DNA of 64,000 bases from Sulfurivirga sp. (GCF_015490265.1 NZ_WFYD01000062.1:3748-67747), one strand, 5' to 3'. Shown: positions 1-12,974, counted from the stretch's first letter. Translations and numbers: made by a program. The notes: a model not told the origin generated them from the sequence alone.

Positions 1-1
1 G

Positions 2-367
2 GGCGTGGAAATCGAATTCCCCATCATCGCCGCCACGGACACCATCGCCGCCTCCATCGGCATGCTGCACCCGGGCAAGGGCAGCAACACCGTGCGCGCC
101 GTGTTTGTCATCGATCCTGAGGGCGTGATCCGCACCATCCTCTACTATCCGCAGGAGATCGGCCGCAACATCGACGAGATCGTGCGTGTGGTGAAGGCGC
201 TGCAGACGTCCGACGCCAATGGCGTGGCTACCCCTGCCAACTGGCCGGAGAACAGCCTTGTGGGCGACCATGTCATCGTGCCGCCGGCGGCGGACGAGAA
301 GACCGCCGCCGAGCGCGAGAAGCAGTACGAGTGCTTCGACTGGTGGTTCTGCCACAAGTCACTGTAA
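2..367 (+). CDS. peroxiredoxin (1-Cys / Prx6-type), C-terminal part; 5' end lies outside the window
   Basis: The frame is open from the window edge. [35 protein letters not shown] and ATPANWP match the conserved C-terminal half of Prx6-like peroxiredoxins. A hairpin terminator follows. Confidence 0.8.
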   Translation, partial: GVEIEFPIIAATDTIAASIGMLHPGKGSNTVRAVFVIDPEGVIRTILYYPQEIGRNIDEIVRVVKALQTSDANGVATPANWPENSLVGDHVIVPPAADEKTAAEREKQYECFDWWFCHKSL

Positions 368-391
368 GAGCAGCTCATCTGAGCGGTGGAG

Positions 392-419
392 AAAAGCGGG
401 CCTCTGTGCCCGCTTTTTT
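392..419 (+). terminator. rho-independent terminator after the peroxiredoxin gene
   Basis: GCGGGC (396-401) pairs with GCCCGC (408-413) and is followed by TTTTTT (414-419). Confidence 0.7.
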
Positions 420-474
420 ATTGGCATGATGGTTGCTATGTAGCCCCTGTCAAACTGTCGTCAAGGAACGGATT

Positions 475-2463
475 ATGACCATTCGCGCCAAACTCTACAT
501 GGGGATGATCGGGGTGTCGCTGCTGCTGGTGGTGATCACCGCCATGGCCCTGATGAACCTCAATCTGGTCAAGTCGCAGCTGAATACGGTGATCGTGGAG
601 GATCAGCCGCGCGCCTTTGCCACGCTGGAGCTGGCGCGGGACGTGGAGCGCCTGTCGGCTCATCTGGTCAGCTACATGCTGACGGGCGAGGAGGCCAAGC
701 TGCAGAAGGTGCAGCAGGATCTGGAGCAGCTGGAACGCCGGGCCAGTCGGCTGGAGAAGCAGCTGGCCTCCCCGTCCGACCGGCAGGTGCTGGCCGGCAT
801 CCGGCAGAAGATCGATCTGGTGCGGCAGAAGTTGCCGCAGATTGAGGCGATGGAGAAGGACGACACCATCAAGTATCCGGCGCTGAAGGTGGTCTCCAGC
901 GGCATGGACAGCGCCGCGCAGAAGATTCAGGGCGCGCTCTCCCAGATGATCCTGTCCGAACTGTCCGACATGGATCCGGAGCGGGCGGACCTGTTGCAGC
1001 AGCTGATCGACCTGCAGAAGACCTGGCTCAACATCATGATCAACCTGCGCGGGTTCGTGGCCTTCCGCAGCCATAACATGCAGGAGAACATCGACAACTT
1101 CCTCGACGTGTTCGAGAGCAAGCTGGGTCAGCTGGAAAAGGTCGAGGACCTCACGCTGGAGGAGGAAGAAGGCATTCCGGTGGTGCGTGAGAACTACCAG
1201 ACCTGGCGTGAGAACTACATGGTGCTCAAGGGCGTGCTCACCAGCGACAAGTGGCGCATGGACGCCTGGATGTTCGTCCATGAGGTGGACCCCATCCTGA
1301 TGGAGATCGAGCAGGATCTGCAGAAGCTGCTGCAGTCGGTCATTCAGGGCATTCAGGCCAAGGGCAGGGCGGCCGAAGAGCAGACCCACCGCAACATCTG
1401 GATCATGAGCGCGCTGGCCGGTGGCGGCCTGTTGCTGGGCTTCGTGGTCATGGGCTTCGTGATGCGCTCCATTCTCTCCTCGCTGGATGACCTGCGCGAG
1501 GCCATGAAGAATGTCTCCAGCGGCGAAGCGGACCTGACCTTGCGCCTGCCTGAGGACGGCAAGGACGAGCTGGCGGAGATCTCCCACTACTTCAACCGCT
1601 TCGTGGGGCGCATTCAGGAGGTGGTGCGCCAGCTGGTCAGTGATGCCCAGCAGCTGGAGCGGGCCGCGCTAGTGCTGTATGAGCAGAGCGAGGGCGCGCA
1701 GAAGGGGATTGACACCCAGTTCAGGAGCGTGGAGCAGCTGCAGACGCTGATGGACAAGCTGGAGCAGGAGGCCAACGAAGTGGCCGGCTTCTCCACCAAC
1801 ACCGCCCGTGCGGCCAATGACGCCATCGAGCGGGTGGACGACGGTGTGAGCAAGGTGGCCGGCACCCAGCGCACCATCGAGACCCTGGCGGAAGTGATGG
1901 TCAGCCTGCGCGACAGCATTCAGCTGCTGGATCAGGAGAGTGAGACCATCGGTTCGGTGATCAATGTCATTGAGGACATCGCCGAGCAGACCAACCTGCT
2001 GGCGCTCAACGCCGCCATTGAGGCGGCGCGGGCCGGCGAGCACGGTCGCGGCTTCGCGGTGGTGGCCGACGAGGTGCGTCAGCTGGCGCAGCGCACCCAG
2101 GAGTCCACGCAGGAGATTTCCAATGTCATCAACCGCATCCGTGACAACACCCGCCAGACGGTGGAGCGCATGGAGGCGGGCGAGCAGGCGACCGAAGAGA
2201 GCCGGGCGTCCATCGCCGCCGCCGAGCAGGGCCTCAAGCCGGTGGTGGAGTTGATGCGCGACCTCAACAGCCTCAGTGGTGAAATGCAGCAGGTGGCCCA
2301 GCAGGAGACGGAGCTGGTGCGCACCGTGGGACAGCAGATCACCCAGATCCGTCAGGTGACCGAAGAGACGGTGCGCCAGGCGCAGGCCACCAAGGAGGAG
2401 GGCGAGAAGCTGCGGCAGCTGGCCCACCACCTGGACGAGTTGCTCAAGCGCTTCCGCGTGTAG
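475..2463 (+). CDS. methyl-accepting chemotaxis protein (N-terminal TM, sensing region, second TM/HAMP, MA signalling domain)
   Basis: It carries the MCP signalling hairpin motif [38 protein letters not shown]. The ATG at 475 lies after AAGGAA. The track ORF begins at a TTG at 433, which is less likely. Confidence 0.9.
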   Translation: MTIRAKLYMGMIGVSLLLVVITAMALMNLNLVKSQLNTVIVEDQPRAFATLELARDVERLSAHLVSYMLTGEEAKLQKVQQDLEQLERRASRLEKQLASPSDRQVLAGIRQKIDLVRQKLPQIEAMEKDDTIKYPALKVVSSGMDSAAQKIQGALSQMILSELSDMDPERADLLQQLIDLQKTWLNIMINLRGFVAFRSHNMQENIDNFLDVFESKLGQLEKVEDLTLEEEEGIPVVRENYQTWRENYMVLKGVLTSDKWRMDAWMFVHEVDPILMEIEQDLQKLLQSVIQGIQAKGRAAEEQTHRNIWIMSALAGGGLLLGFVVMGFVMRSILSSLDDLREAMKNVSSGEADLTLRLPEDGKDELAEISHYFNRFVGRIQEVVRQLVSDAQQLERAALVLYEQSEGAQKGIDTQFRSVEQLQTLMDKLEQEANEVAGFSTNTARAANDAIERVDDGVSKVAGTQRTIETLAEVMVSLRDSIQLLDQESETIGSVINVIEDIAEQTNLLALNAAIEAARAGEHGRGFAVVADEVRQLAQRTQESTQEISNVINRIRDNTRQTVERMEAGEQATEESRASIAAAEQGLKPVVELMRDLNSLSGEMQQVAQQETELVRTVGQQITQIRQVTEETVRQAQATKEEGEKLRQLAHHLDELLKRFRV

Positions 2464-2483
2464 GGTTTTTCAGCTGGCAAAAG

Positions 2484-2513
2484 AAAAGGCCACCGTGAAG
2501 GTGGCCTTTTTCA
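2484..2513. terminator. bidirectional rho-independent terminator between convergent MCP and mscS-family genes
   Basis: The sequence is AAAAGGCCACC-GTGAA-GGTGGCCTTTTT, with A and T runs on both sides. Confidence 0.8.
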
Positions 2514-2531
2514 TTTGGTGTGGGAAGGTTG

Positions 2532-3338
2532 TCAGCCTTCCTGCTTGTGCAGGTGCACGTCCATCTGCGGATAGGGGATGGAGATGCCCTTCTCGTCGAA
2601 GGTGAGTTTGACCTTCTCGTTCATGTCCCACAGCACGGCCCAGTAGTCGCTGCTCTTGACCCAGGCGCGCACGGTGAAGTTGACGCTGGAGTCAGCCAGT
2701 TCGGCCACCGCCACCACGGGCGCGGGGTTGTCCAGAACGCGCGGGTCCGCCGCCAGCAGGGCTTCCAGGGTTTCCTTCGCCAGCTTCAGATCGTCGTCAT
2801 AGCCGATGCCGAAGGTCATGTCCACGCGACGGGTGTCACGGGCGGAGTAGTTGGTGATGGTGTCGCCGTAGATCTTGCCGTTGGGCACGATGATCTCGCG
2901 GTTGTCGCCGGTGTGCAGCTGGGTGGAGAACAGGCTGATCTGATCCACCACGCCGCTGATGCCGGCGATCTCCACGAAGTCACCCTTCTTGAAGGGGCGC
3001 AGCAGAATCAGCATCACGCCGGAGGCGAAGTTCTGCAGCGAGTCCTTCACCGCCAGACCGACGGCCAGGCCGGCGGCACCCAGCAGTGCGATCAGGGAAG
3101 TGGTGTCCACGCCCAGCTGGTTGAGCGCGGCGATGACCACCACCAGCAGCAGCACCGCCTTGAGAATGGTGCCGAGAAAGTCGGTGAGCATGGGATCCAG
3201 CGGGATGCGGTTGAGGCTCTTTTTGACCAGTTGCACGATCCAGCCGGTCAGCCAGTAACCCACTACGGCGATGACAATGGCCATGGCGATCTTGATGCCC
3301 CACGGCAGGGCCATGTCGACAAGCGCTTGGGTATCCAT
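2532..3338 (-). CDS. small-conductance mechanosensitive channel (MscS family)
   Basis: 268 aa with three N-terminal TM helices. NFASGVMLILLRPFKKGDFVEIAGISGVV...IVPNGKIYGDTITNY is typical of the MscS pore and beta domain. Confidence 0.85.
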   Translation of the reverse strand: MDTQALVDMALPWGIKIAMAIVIAVVGYWLTGWIVQLVKKSLNRIPLDPMLTDFLGTILKAVLLLVVVIAALNQLGVDTTSLIALLGAAGLAVGLAVKDSLQNFASGVMLILLRPFKKGDFVEIAGISGVVDQISLFSTQLHTGDNREIIVPNGKIYGDTITNYSARDTRRVDMTFGIGYDDDLKLAKETLEALLAADPRVLDNPAPVVAVAELADSSVNFTVRAWVKSSDYWAVLWDMNEKVKLTFDEKGISIPYPQMDVHLHKQEG

Positions 3339-3446
3339 CGAGGGTATCCTCCTGTGTTGTCAAATTATTGATGCCAGTGTTCAAAAAATGGCGGCGGAAT
3401 TATTGACGATGTTGCGGCATAATACAAGCCGTTTCTGATCGGGGGA

Positions 3447-4262
3447 GTGGGTGTGCTGACCTATCCGCAGCTGGATCCTGTTGCGCTGGATCTGGGGTTT
3501 TTCCAGGTGCGCTGGTACGGGCTGATGTATCTGATCGGGCTGGGGCTGGGCTGGCTGATCGCCCGCCATCGGGCGCGCGCCTCCCACATCTGGACGGCCG
3601 AGAAGGTGGACGATCTGCTTTTCTACGTAGCCTTCGGGGTCATTCTCGGCGGACGTCTGGGCTATGTGCTGTTCTACAACCTGCCCTACTATCTGGATCA
3701 CCCGCTGGAGATCTTCCAGCTGTGGCACGGTGGCATGTCATTCCACGGTGGCCTGCTGGGGGTGATCACCGCCATCTGGCTGTTCCACCGTCGTCACCGC
3801 ATTCCCTTTCTGGCCATCGGCGATTTCATCGCCCCGCTGGTGCCGCTGGGCCTGCTGGCCGGGCGGCTGGGCAATTTCATCAACGGCGAGCTGTGGGGAC
3901 GGGCCGCCCCCCCGGACAGCCCGTTCGGCATGCGATTTTTCGATCCCGCGCTGGGGCATGAGGTGGTGCGCTATCCCACCCAGCTGCTGGAGGCGACGCT
4001 GGAAGGGCTGGTGCTTTTCGCGCTGCTCAACTTCTATGCCCGCTGGAAACCGCCGGTGGGGGCGCTGTCCGGTGCCTTCCTGGTTGGCTACGGGCTGTTC
4101 CGTTTCATCGTGGAGTTCTGGCGCGCGCCCGACCCGCAGCTGGGCTATCTGGCCTTCGGCTGGTTGACCATGGGGCAGGTGCTCAGCACGCCCATGATCA
4201 TCGCCGGCCTGTGGCTGTGGCGCCGGGCCTATCGTCACAACCGCGGCATGACCGCCTGGTGA
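3447..4262 (+). CDS. lgt: prolipoprotein diacylglyceryl transferase
   Basis: [30 protein letters not shown] and [14 protein letters not shown] are Lgt signatures. The start is a GTG at 3447 or 3453. Confidence 0.9.
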   Translation: MGVLTYPQLDPVALDLGFFQVRWYGLMYLIGLGLGWLIARHRARASHIWTAEKVDDLLFYVAFGVILGGRLGYVLFYNLPYYLDHPLEIFQLWHGGMSFHGGLLGVITAIWLFHRRHRIPFLAIGDFIAPLVPLGLLAGRLGNFINGELWGRAAPPDSPFGMRFFDPALGHEVVRYPTQLLEATLEGLVLFALLNFYARWKPPVGALSGAFLVGYGLFRFIVEFWRAPDPQLGYLAFGWLTMGQVLSTPMIIAGLWLWRRAYRHNRGMTAW

Positions 4263-4269
4263 GGAGACC

Positions 4270-5103
4270 ATGAGACAGTATCTGGACCTTCTGCAGCACA
4301 TTCTGGACCACGGCACCGACAAGGGGGATCGCACCGGCGTGGGCACCCGGTCGGTGTTCGGCTATCAGATGCGCTTCGACATGGCGGACGGCTTTCCGCT
4401 TCTGACCACCAAGAAGCTGCACATCCGCTCCATCATCTACGAGCTGCTGTGGTTTCTGCGCGGGGACACCAACATCCGCTATCTGCATGAGCATGGGGTG
4501 ACCATCTGGGACGAATGGGCCACGGAGGATGGTGAGTTGGGGCCGCTTTACGGCAAGCAGTGGCGCGCCTGGCAGACGCCCCATGGTGAGGAGATCGACC
4601 AGATCAGCGAAGTGATCGAAACGCTGAAGACCAACCCCAACAGCCGCCGCATGATCGTCACCGCCTGGAATCCGGCCGATCTGCCGGATGAGTCCCTCTC
4701 ACCGCAGGAGAACGTCAAACGGGGCAAGATGGCGCTGGCCGCCTGCCACGCCTTCTTCCAGTTCTACGTGGCCAACGGCCGGGTGTCGCTGCAGCTGTAT
4801 CAGCGCAGCGCAGACACCTTCCTCGGCGTGCCCTTCAACATCGCCAGCTACGCGCTGCTGCTGCACATGGTGGCGCAGCAGACGGGCTATGAGCCGGGCG
4901 AGCTGATCTGGACCGGCGGAGACGTGCATCTGTATCACAACACGCTGGAACAGGCGAAACTGCAGCTGACCCGCGAACCGCGCCCGTTGCCCAGGCTGCA
5001 TATCCGACGCAGGCCGGAGAGCATCTTCGACTACCGTTTCGAGGATTTCGAGATCGTGGACTACGATCCGCACCCGCACATCAGGGCCGAGGTGGCGGTG
5101 TGA
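4270..5103 (+). CDS. thyA: thymidylate synthase
   Basis: [41 protein letters not shown] and [13 protein letters not shown] are present. GAGGAG lies upstream of the ATG. Confidence 0.95.
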   Translation: MRQYLDLLQHILDHGTDKGDRTGVGTRSVFGYQMRFDMADGFPLLTTKKLHIRSIIYELLWFLRGDTNIRYLHEHGVTIWDEWATEDGELGPLYGKQWRAWQTPHGEEIDQISEVIETLKTNPNSRRMIVTAWNPADLPDESLSPQENVKRGKMALAACHAFFQFYVANGRVSLQLYQRSADTFLGVPFNIASYALLLHMVAQQTGYEPGELIWTGGDVHLYHNTLEQAKLQLTREPRPLPRLHIRRRPESIFDYRFEDFEIVDYDPHPHIRAEVAV

Positions 5104-5600
5104 TCAGCCTGATCGCCGCCATGGACCGCAACCGCGCCATCGGGCGCGGCAATGCCCTGCCGTGGCACCTGCCGGATGACCTGAAGCATTTCAAGCGTCT
5201 GACGCTGGGCAAACCGGTCATCATGGGGCGCAGGACCTTTGAGTCCTTGGGTTGCCGGCCGCTGCCGCAACGGCCCAATTTCGTCGTCTCCCGTTCAGGG
5301 TTGGATGCGGAGGGCGTGACCGTGCTGCCCGATCTGGATGAAGCGGTGGCAGCGGCGCGGGCCACCGGTGCGGAGGAGATCATGATCATCGGCGGGGCGC
5401 AGATCTACCGCCAGATGCTGGACTGGGCCGAGCGCATCTATCTGACGCTTGTGGAGACGGAGATCGACGGGGCGGACGCCTGGTTTCCCATGCTGCCGGA
5501 GGCGGACTGGCAGCTGGTGGGGCAGGAGAGCCACCCGGCGGATGAACGGCATCCGTGGCCGTTTCACTTTCAGGTATGGCACAGAAAAGCCCCTCAGTGA
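5100..5600 (+). CDS. folA: dihydrofolate reductase
   Basis: [51 protein letters not shown] is present. The GTG start overlaps the thyA stop (GTGA). Confidence 0.92.
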   Translation: MISLIAAMDRNRAIGRGNALPWHLPDDLKHFKRLTLGKPVIMGRRTFESLGCRPLPQRPNFVVSRSGLDAEGVTVLPDLDEAVAAARATGAEEIMIIGGAQIYRQMLDWAERIYLTLVETEIDGADAWFPMLPEADWQLVGQESHPADERHPWPFHFQVWHRKAPQ

Positions 5601-5612
5601 GGGGCCTTCCAT

Positions 5613-6479
5613 TCAGAACATCAGCATCTGCAGGCGGCGGCGGTATTTCTTGACCAGTTCCGGGGCTTCGTCCGCCAGCATGTCGAACACGTCCAGCAGC
5701 AGCGCCTTCACCTTGCCGTCCATCACGTTCACATCGGGGGTAAGCGCCTTCATGAAGGCTTCAAACGCGCCTTCGTAATCCTGCCGCAGCAGCTTGTGGG
5801 CCGCCTCGGCCACCCGCAGCTCCGGGTTGTTGGGGTCTTCCGCCAGTTTCTTTTCCACTTCTTCCAGCGGGCCGGCGGACTGGGCGGTGCGGGCGAATTT
5901 GAGAATCAGACCCAGCGGCTTCCCCTGGGCGCTGTTGCGCACTGCTTCCGGCAGGCTGTTGTAGAGTTCCGCCGCTTCGTCGATGCGGCCGGTCTTGAGG
6001 AAGATGTTGACCAGATCCAGATGGATGCGGGTGTTGCGCGGGTCTTCCGCCGCCGCCTTCTTGAGCAGTGCGATGGCAGTGTCCGCGTCTCCGGCGCGGA
6101 AGGCGGCCAGCGCCTGCTGGCGCAGGTCATCGGAGGCACGCACCAGATGGGGTTCCAGCAGCTGACGGAAGGCGGATTCCGGCTGGGCGCCCATCAGCTC
6201 GGCCACCGGCTGGCCGTTCTTGAACAGCTTGAAGGTGGGCACGGAACGCACCCCATACTGCATGGCCAGCGTCTGCTGTTCGTCGATGTTCACCTTGGCG
6301 AGAATGAACTGCCCGGCCATCTCTTCGGCCAGCTTTTCCAGCACCGGCATCACCATGCGGCACGGGCCGCACCAGGGTGCCCAGAAGTCCACCAGCACCG
6401 GCTGCTGGCTGGAGCCTTCGATGACCACCTGATTGAAGTTGTCCTGGGTGACGTCGATGATGAATTCACTCTTTGCCAT
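5613..6479 (-). CDS. thioredoxin-domain plus TPR protein (YbbN/CnoX-like), with an intact WCGPC active site
   Basis: The N-terminus has [23 protein letters not shown]. The C-terminal part is about 180 aa of TPR-like helical repeats. GGAGAT lies upstream of the ATG, and the start overlaps the mutS 3' end by 14 nt. Confidence 0.85.
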   Translation of the reverse strand: MAKSEFIIDVTQDNFNQVVIEGSSQQPVLVDFWAPWCGPCRMVMPVLEKLAEEMAGQFILAKVNIDEQQTLAMQYGVRSVPTFKLFKNGQPVAELMGAQPESAFRQLLEPHLVRASDDLRQQALAAFRAGDADTAIALLKKAAAEDPRNTRIHLDLVNIFLKTGRIDEAAELYNSLPEAVRNSAQGKPLGLILKFARTAQSAGPLEEVEKKLAEDPNNPELRVAEAAHKLLRQDYEGAFEAFMKALTPDVNVMDGKVKALLLDVFDMLADEAPELVKKYRRRLQMLMF

Positions 6480-9015
6480 GGTCTCGCATCTCCTTCAGTT
6501 CGTAGAGTGTCTGCAGCGCCTCTCGGGGTGTCATGGCGTCCGGTTCCAGCGTGTCGATAAATTCCAATATGGGGTCGGGTTGCGGGGTTTCAACAAACAG
6601 ATCCAGCTGCGGCTGGGCAGGCTGGGCGTTGAGGCTGTGGCGTTCCAGCTCGGCCAGTTTTTTCCGGGCGCGGGCGATGACGGCGCGGGGCACGCCCGCC
6701 AGCGCCGCCACCTGCAGGCCGTAGCTCTGGGAGGCGGGGCCGGGTCTGACCTGATGCAGAAAGACGATGCGGTCACCATGCTCCACCGCGTCCAGATGCA
6801 CGTTGGCCACGCCGTCCAGCTGCTCGGCCAGCTGGGTCAGCTCGAAGTAGTGGGTGGCGAACAGGGTGTAGGCGCCCACCTTGCGCGCCATGTGTTCGGC
6901 CACCGCCCAGGCCAGCGCCAGCCCGTCGAAGGTGGAGGTGCCGCGGCCGATCTCGTCCAGCAGCACCAGTGAGTCGGCGGTGGCGTGGTGCAGGATGTTG
7001 GCCGTCTCGCTCATCTCCACCATGAAGGTGGAGCGGCCGGAGGTGAGGTCGTCGGAGGCGCCGATGCGGGTGAAGATGCGGTCCACCGGCCCGATGACCG
7101 CTTTCTCGGCCGGCACGAAGCAGCCGGCATGGGCCATGAGCACGATCAGCGCCGTCTGGCGCATGTAGGTGGACTTGCCGCCCATGTTGGGGCCGGTGAT
7201 GATCTGCATGGGCTGCTCCACCAGCACCGTGTCATTGGCGATGAAGGGCTCGTCCGAGAGCGCTTCCACCGTCAGGTGGCGGCCCTGTTCGATATGAATG
7301 CCCCGTTCATCGGTGAGGGCGGGGCGGGTGAGGTTGAGGCTGCGGGCCCGTTCGGCGAGCGCGGCCAGCACATCCAGCTCTGCCAGCGCGGCGGCGGCCC
7401 GCTGCAGCGGAGCCAGATGTTCATTGAGCCGTTCCAGCAGCTGCTGATAGAGCCACTTTTCCCGCGCCAGCGCCTTTTCGCCGGCGGAGAGGATTCTGTC
7501 CTCGAATTCCTTCAGCTCCGGAGTGATGTAGCGTTCGGTGTTCTTGAGGGTCTGGCGGCGCACATAGTCGGCGGGCACGGCATCCGCGTGGGTGCGGGTG
7601 ACCTCGATGTAGTAGCCGTGCACCCGGTTGTAGCCCACTTTCAGGGTGGGAATGCCGGTGCGTTCCCTTTCCCGCGCTTCCAGCGCCGCAAGAAAGTCGC
7701 CCGCCTCGTCCCGGAGGGCGCGCAGTTCATCCAGCTCCGCATCGAAACCCGGCGCGATCACGCCGCCGTCACGAATGGTCATGGGCGGGTTGTCCACCAG
7801 CGCCCGGGTGAGCAGGTCGTGCAGCTCAGGCTGTGGCGCCAGCGCCTCGGCCTGTTGCGTCAGACCCGCGCCTGTCAGCGCCTCCTGCAGGGCGGGCAGC
7901 TGGCCCAGCGCCGTGCCCAGCTGCACCAGATCCCGCGGGCGGGCGGAATAGAGGGCCACGCGGGAGAGAATGCGCTCCACATCGCCCACCGGCTTGAGCA
8001 GCTCGCGCAGGGTGTCCTCATGCCAGCCGTCCAGAAGCTGCTCGATGACGTCGTGCCGGGCGCTGAGGGTGGCACGGTCACGCAGCGGCTGGGTCAGCCA
8101 GCGTCTGAGCAGGCGGCTGCCCATGGGCGTGCGGCAGGTGTCCAGAATGGACGCCAGGGTGTGTTCCTCGCCGCCGCGCAGGTTCTCGACGATTTCCAGA
8201 TTGCGGCGGCTGACCGCATCCAGAATGAGAGTGTCGCCCAGATGCACCCGGCGGAAGCCTGTCAGGTGCTTGAGATCGTGGCGCAGCATGGACTGGGCAT
8301 AGTGCAGCAGCGCGCCCGCCGCGCCCAGCAGGGCGGGAGCGCCGTCCAGCCCGAAGGCGCGCAGGTCTTCGGTGTCGAACTGGTCGCGCACCTTGCGCGC
8401 GCCCGTGTCCGGCTCAAAGTGCCAGTCGGCCAGCGGCGTGACGGCCGCCTCCACCGGCAGGTTCAGTGCGCTGCCTTCCGGCAGCAGGATCTCCGCCGGA
8501 CTCAGGCGGGCCAGTTCGGCGCGCAGCGCAGTCTCGTCGTCGCATTCACACCCTTCGAAGCGGCCGCTGGAGACCTCCAGCCAGGCCAGCCCGAACCCTT
8601 TTTTGAAGGGAAGCACCGCCGCCAGCAGGTTGTCGCGGCGGGCGTCCAGCAGGTCGTCCTCGGTAAGCGTGCCCGGCGTGACGATGCGCACCACCTTGCG
8701 CTCCACCGGCCCCTTGCTCGTGTTGGGGTCGCCCACCTGCTCGCAGATGGCCACCGACTCGCCCGCCTGCACCAGTCGGGCCAGATAGCTTTCCACGCTG
8801 TGGTAGGGCACGCCGGCCATGGGGATCGGCTCGCCGGCGGACTTGCCCCGTTTGGTGAGGGTGATGTCCAGCAGCGCCGCGGCCCGCTCGGCATCCTCGT
8901 AGAACAGCTCGTAGAAGTCCCCCATGCGGTAGAACAGCAGATGGTCGGGATACTCCGCCTTGATGCGCAGATACTGCTGCATCATGGGGGTGTGCTGGCT
9001 GAGATCCTGGTTCAT
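6466..9015 (-). CDS. mutS: DNA mismatch repair protein MutS
   Basis: 849 aa. The N-terminus reads [34 protein letters not shown], the Walker A motif is [13 protein letters not shown], and [14 protein letters not shown] is present. Confidence 0.97.
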   Translation of the reverse strand: MNQDLSQHTPMMQQYLRIKAEYPDHLLFYRMGDFYELFYEDAERAAALLDITLTKRGKSAGEPIPMAGVPYHSVESYLARLVQAGESVAICEQVGDPNTSKGPVERKVVRIVTPGTLTEDDLLDARRDNLLAAVLPFKKGFGLAWLEVSSGRFEGCECDDETALRAELARLSPAEILLPEGSALNLPVEAAVTPLADWHFEPDTGARKVRDQFDTEDLRAFGLDGAPALLGAAGALLHYAQSMLRHDLKHLTGFRRVHLGDTLILDAVSRRNLEIVENLRGGEEHTLASILDTCRTPMGSRLLRRWLTQPLRDRATLSARHDVIEQLLDGWHEDTLRELLKPVGDVERILSRVALYSARPRDLVQLGTALGQLPALQEALTGAGLTQQAEALAPQPELHDLLTRALVDNPPMTIRDGGVIAPGFDAELDELRALRDEAGDFLAALEARERERTGIPTLKVGYNRVHGYYIEVTRTHADAVPADYVRRQTLKNTERYITPELKEFEDRILSAGEKALAREKWLYQQLLERLNEHLAPLQRAAAALAELDVLAALAERARSLNLTRPALTDERGIHIEQGRHLTVEALSDEPFIANDTVLVEQPMQIITGPNMGGKSTYMRQTALIVLMAHAGCFVPAEKAVIGPVDRIFTRIGASDDLTSGRSTFMVEMSETANILHHATADSLVLLDEIGRGTSTFDGLALAWAVAEHMARKVGAYTLFATHYFELTQLAEQLDGVANVHLDAVEHGDRIVFLHQVRPGPASQSYGLQVAALAGVPRAVIARARKKLAELERHSLNAQPAQPQLDLFVETPQPDPILEFIDTLEPDAMTPREALQTLYELKEMRDHGKE

Positions 9016-9070
9016 GGCAAACCTGTGGGAAATGGGCGTGATATGCTAAAAGACCCTCGGGAGTAAAGCA

Positions 9071-9556
9071 ATGGAACCAAGGGTTGAGCTGACTGAGCGT
9101 CTGGCGCAGGCGCTGCTGGCACGGGGCTGGATGCTGGTGACGGCGGAGTCCTGCACCGGTGGCATGGTGGCCGAGTGGTGCACGTCGATCTCCGGCAGCA
9201 GCCGCTGGTTCTTCGGCGGCTTCGTCACCTATGACAACCGCGCCAAGATGGAGTGGCTGGGCGTGCGGGAGGAGACGCTGCGGCTGCATGGCGCGGTCAG
9301 CGAGCAGACGGTGCGGGAGATGGTGGACGGGGCGTTGAGCCGCTCGCCGGCACAGGCGGCGCTGGCCATCTCCGGCATCGCCGGGCCGACCGGCGGCACG
9401 CCGGACAAGCCGGTGGGCACGGTGTGGATCGGCTGGGGGATCGAGGATCGGCGCTGGGCCGAGCGCTTCCACTTCGACGGGGACCGGGACGCGGTGCGCC
9501 GGCAGGCGGCGCAGGCGGCGCTGGAAGGGCTGTCGACCCGCCTGCAACTCCTGTAA
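9071..9556 (+). CDS. pncC: CinA C-terminal-domain protein / nicotinamide-nucleotide amidase
   Basis: LVTAESCTGGMVAEWCTSISGSS, GGFVTYDNRAK and GIAGPTGGTPDKPVGTVWIG are present. Confidence 0.8.
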   Translation: MEPRVELTERLAQALLARGWMLVTAESCTGGMVAEWCTSISGSSRWFFGGFVTYDNRAKMEWLGVREETLRLHGAVSEQTVREMVDGALSRSPAQAALAISGIAGPTGGTPDKPVGTVWIGWGIEDRRWAERFHFDGDRDAVRRQAAQAALEGLSTRLQLL

Positions 9557-9599
9557 AATGAAACGCTTATCACACAACCGCCGTTGATTGACGCCATCT

Positions 9600-10406
9600 A
9601 TGAAAAACAGCCGTTTTGAGCGCGGAATCTATTTTCTGCCCAACCTGATGACCACCGCGGCGCTGTTCGCCGGCTTCTACGCGGTCATCGCCGGGCTGAA
9701 CGGCCAGTTCGAGGCGGGAGCCATGGCCATCTTCATCGCCATGGTGTTCGACGGACTGGACGGGCGCATCGCGCGGCTGACCAACAGCACCAGCGCCTTC
9801 GGAGCGGAGTATGACTCGCTGGCGGACATGGTCTCCTTCGGGCTGGCGCCGGCGCTGCTGCTCTACAGCTGGGGGGTGAGCGAATTCGGCAAGCTGGGCT
9901 GGCTGGCGGCGTTCGTCTATGTGGCGGGCGCGGCGCTGAGGCTGGCGCGTTTCAACGTGCAGGCCGGCAGCCTGAGCAAGAAATACTTTCAGGGTCTGCC
10001 GTCACCGGCGGCGGCGGCCTGGGCGGCCGGCTGGATCTGGGTGGTGGAGCATTACGCCCTGCCGATGGAGGTGTCGGCCCATTTTGTCGGGGCGGTGCTG
10101 CTGGTGCTGGCCGGGCTGCTGATGGTCAGCAATGTGCGCTATTTCAGCGGCAAGGAACTGAATCTCAAGAAAAAGGTGCCCTTCGTGGCCCTGCTGGTCA
10201 TGGTGCTGGTGCTGGTGGTGATCGCCATCGAGCCGGCGCTGATCCTGTGGAGCTTTTTCAGCCTGTATGCGCTGTCGGGGCCGGTGATCACGCTCCGGCA
10301 GCTGCAGCTGCGCCGCCGACTACGGGCGCAGGCCCGTGAGAATCTGCGCAAGCGGCGCGAACAGGCGGCCGCGCCCGAGGCTGACATGCCGCCGAAGAAC
10401 AGTTGA
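9600..10406 (+). CDS. pssA: CDP-diacylglycerol--serine O-phosphatidyltransferase
   Basis: It has the CDP-alcohol phosphatidyltransferase motif [31 protein letters not shown] and multiple TM helices. I prefer the ATG at 9600 over the TTG at 9588. Confidence 0.85.
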   Translation: MKNSRFERGIYFLPNLMTTAALFAGFYAVIAGLNGQFEAGAMAIFIAMVFDGLDGRIARLTNSTSAFGAEYDSLADMVSFGLAPALLLYSWGVSEFGKLGWLAAFVYVAGAALRLARFNVQAGSLSKKYFQGLPSPAAAAWAAGWIWVVEHYALPMEVSAHFVGAVLLVLAGLLMVSNVRYFSGKELNLKKKVPFVALLVMVLVLVVIAIEPALILWSFFSLYALSGPVITLRQLQLRRRLRAQARENLRKRREQAAAPEADMPPKNS

Positions 10407-10417
10407 GGAACCGAGAC

Positions 10418-11980
<1,563 letters not shown>

Positions 11981-12040
11981 GCCTCGGCGCGTGCCTGCCG
12001 TCGTGGTCGCCTGCGTCGTCTGTCGGCAGGGCGTGCGCGC

Positions 12041-12478
12041 ATGAGCGGCCGGCTGCCGGCCGAGCTGCTGCTGGACTGGGGTGAACCCGTCTGGCGGCTG
12101 CGAGACGGGGTCTCCCCCATTTTTGCAGGCCGCCGTGCCGGCGCGCCGGTTGCGTCCGAGGACAATGCCCCGCAGAACCCCGGTTTTGCGGGGTTTTTCG
12201 TCCCTGAGGCGCTGGATGCGCAGGAAAGCGCCCTGCTGTCTGCCATCGAACGGGTGTTTCCCCAACTGGGCGCGCGTTGTGCGCTGGAGGATCCGGCGCC
12301 GCTGCTGGAGGCGGACGGTGGCCGGGCGGTCATCTTCGGCGAGGCGGACTGGCTGGCGGACGCCGATGAACTGCCGGTGCGCCTGTGTGTCGTGCCCGCT
12401 CTCGGCCAGATGCTGGAAGACCCGCTGGCCAAGAAGCGCGCCTATCTTGCCCTGCTGAACTTCCTTGCCGACGCATGA
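12041..12478 (+). CDS. holD: DNA polymerase III psi-subunit-like protein (tentative), carrying an in-frame copy of the dispersed repeat
   Basis: Its stop overlaps the rimI start (ATGA), matching the holD-rimI arrangement in enterobacteria. The N-terminal LLLDWGEPVWRLR resembles E. coli psi LQQLGITQWSLRR. The C-terminal VPALGQMLEDPLAKKRAYLALL resembles SPALTDLRANPTARAALWQQI. Codons 22 to about 53 are encoded by repeat copy 12105-12200. Confidence 0.5.
   Translation: MSGRLPAELLLDWGEPVWRLRDGVSPIFAGRRAGAPVASEDNAPQNPGFAGFFVPEALDAQESALLSAIERVFPQLGARCALEDPAPLLEADGGRAVIFGEADWLADADELPVRLCVVPALGQMLEDPLAKKRAYLALLNFLADA
12105..12200 (+). repeat. dispersed repeat unit (forward orientation) lying inside the holD-like ORF
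   Basis: The core ACGGGGTCTCCCCCATTTTTGC is at 12105-12126. It is followed by a GC-rich arm (GCCGCCGTGCCGGCGCGCCG) and the hairpin CCCCGCA/TGCGGGG plus TTTTT at 12168-12198. Confidence 0.8.
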
Positions 12479-12945
12479 GTTGCTTTTCCCATCTGCGTGT
12501 CATGGACGTGGACGATCTGGACTGGGTGGAATCCGTGGAGCGGCGCTGCTACCCCATGCCCTGGTCCCGTCGTGGACTGGAACTGGCGCTACGCAACGGG
12601 CTGGGCTTCATCTTCTGCGCCGCCGATGAAACGCCACTGGGCTACTGCTTCGTGCAGACGGCGGCCGACGAGGTGGAACTGCTCAACTTCGCCGTGGCTC
12701 CGCAGCAGCAGGGACGGGGTGTCGGCAGCGCGGCGCTGCGGGCGCTGCTGGGCCGCTTCGAAGGCGGGCGCTTCGCCCAGATGTTTCTTGAAGTGCGCGC
12801 GTCCAACACGCCCGCCATCCGTCTCTACCAGCGCGCCGGCTTCAACGAGATCGGCCTGCGTCCCGGCTACTACCGCAACCCCGACGGCAGCCGCGAGGAC
12901 GCCGTGCTGATGGCCCACACCTTTCTGCCCGACTTTCCAGCCTGA
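12475..12945 (+). CDS. rimI: ribosomal-protein-alanine N-acetyltransferase
   Basis: It has the GNAT motif LLNFAVAPQQQGRGVGSAALRALL...FLEVRASNTPAIRLYQRAGFNEIGLRPGYY. The ATG at 12475 overlaps the upstream stop. Confidence 0.85.
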   Translation: MSCFSHLRVMDVDDLDWVESVERRCYPMPWSRRGLELALRNGLGFIFCAADETPLGYCFVQTAADEVELLNFAVAPQQQGRGVGSAALRALLGRFEGGRFAQMFLEVRASNTPAIRLYQRAGFNEIGLRPGYYRNPDGSREDAVLMAHTFLPDFPA

Positions 12946-12974
12946 AAAGCCTGCCTGAAATCGGGGAAAGCGTG

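Noticed and set aside
433-474. Upstream extensions of track ORFs taken as real N-termini: MCP from 433, TonB receptor from 17140, suhB from 18346, trmJ from 17651, purK from 58557, bamB from 24125, MFS from 51977, rlmN from 20981.
   Set aside because: In each case an internal ATG or GTG is preceded by a good Shine-Dalgarno sequence, and the conserved N-terminus or signal peptide begins there. The extensions overlap neighbouring genes or repeats.
3403-3423. A sigma-70 promoter made of TTGACG and CATAAT upstream of lgt.
   Set aside because: The spacing between the hexamers is only about 9 nt, which is incompatible with a functional -35/-10 pair.
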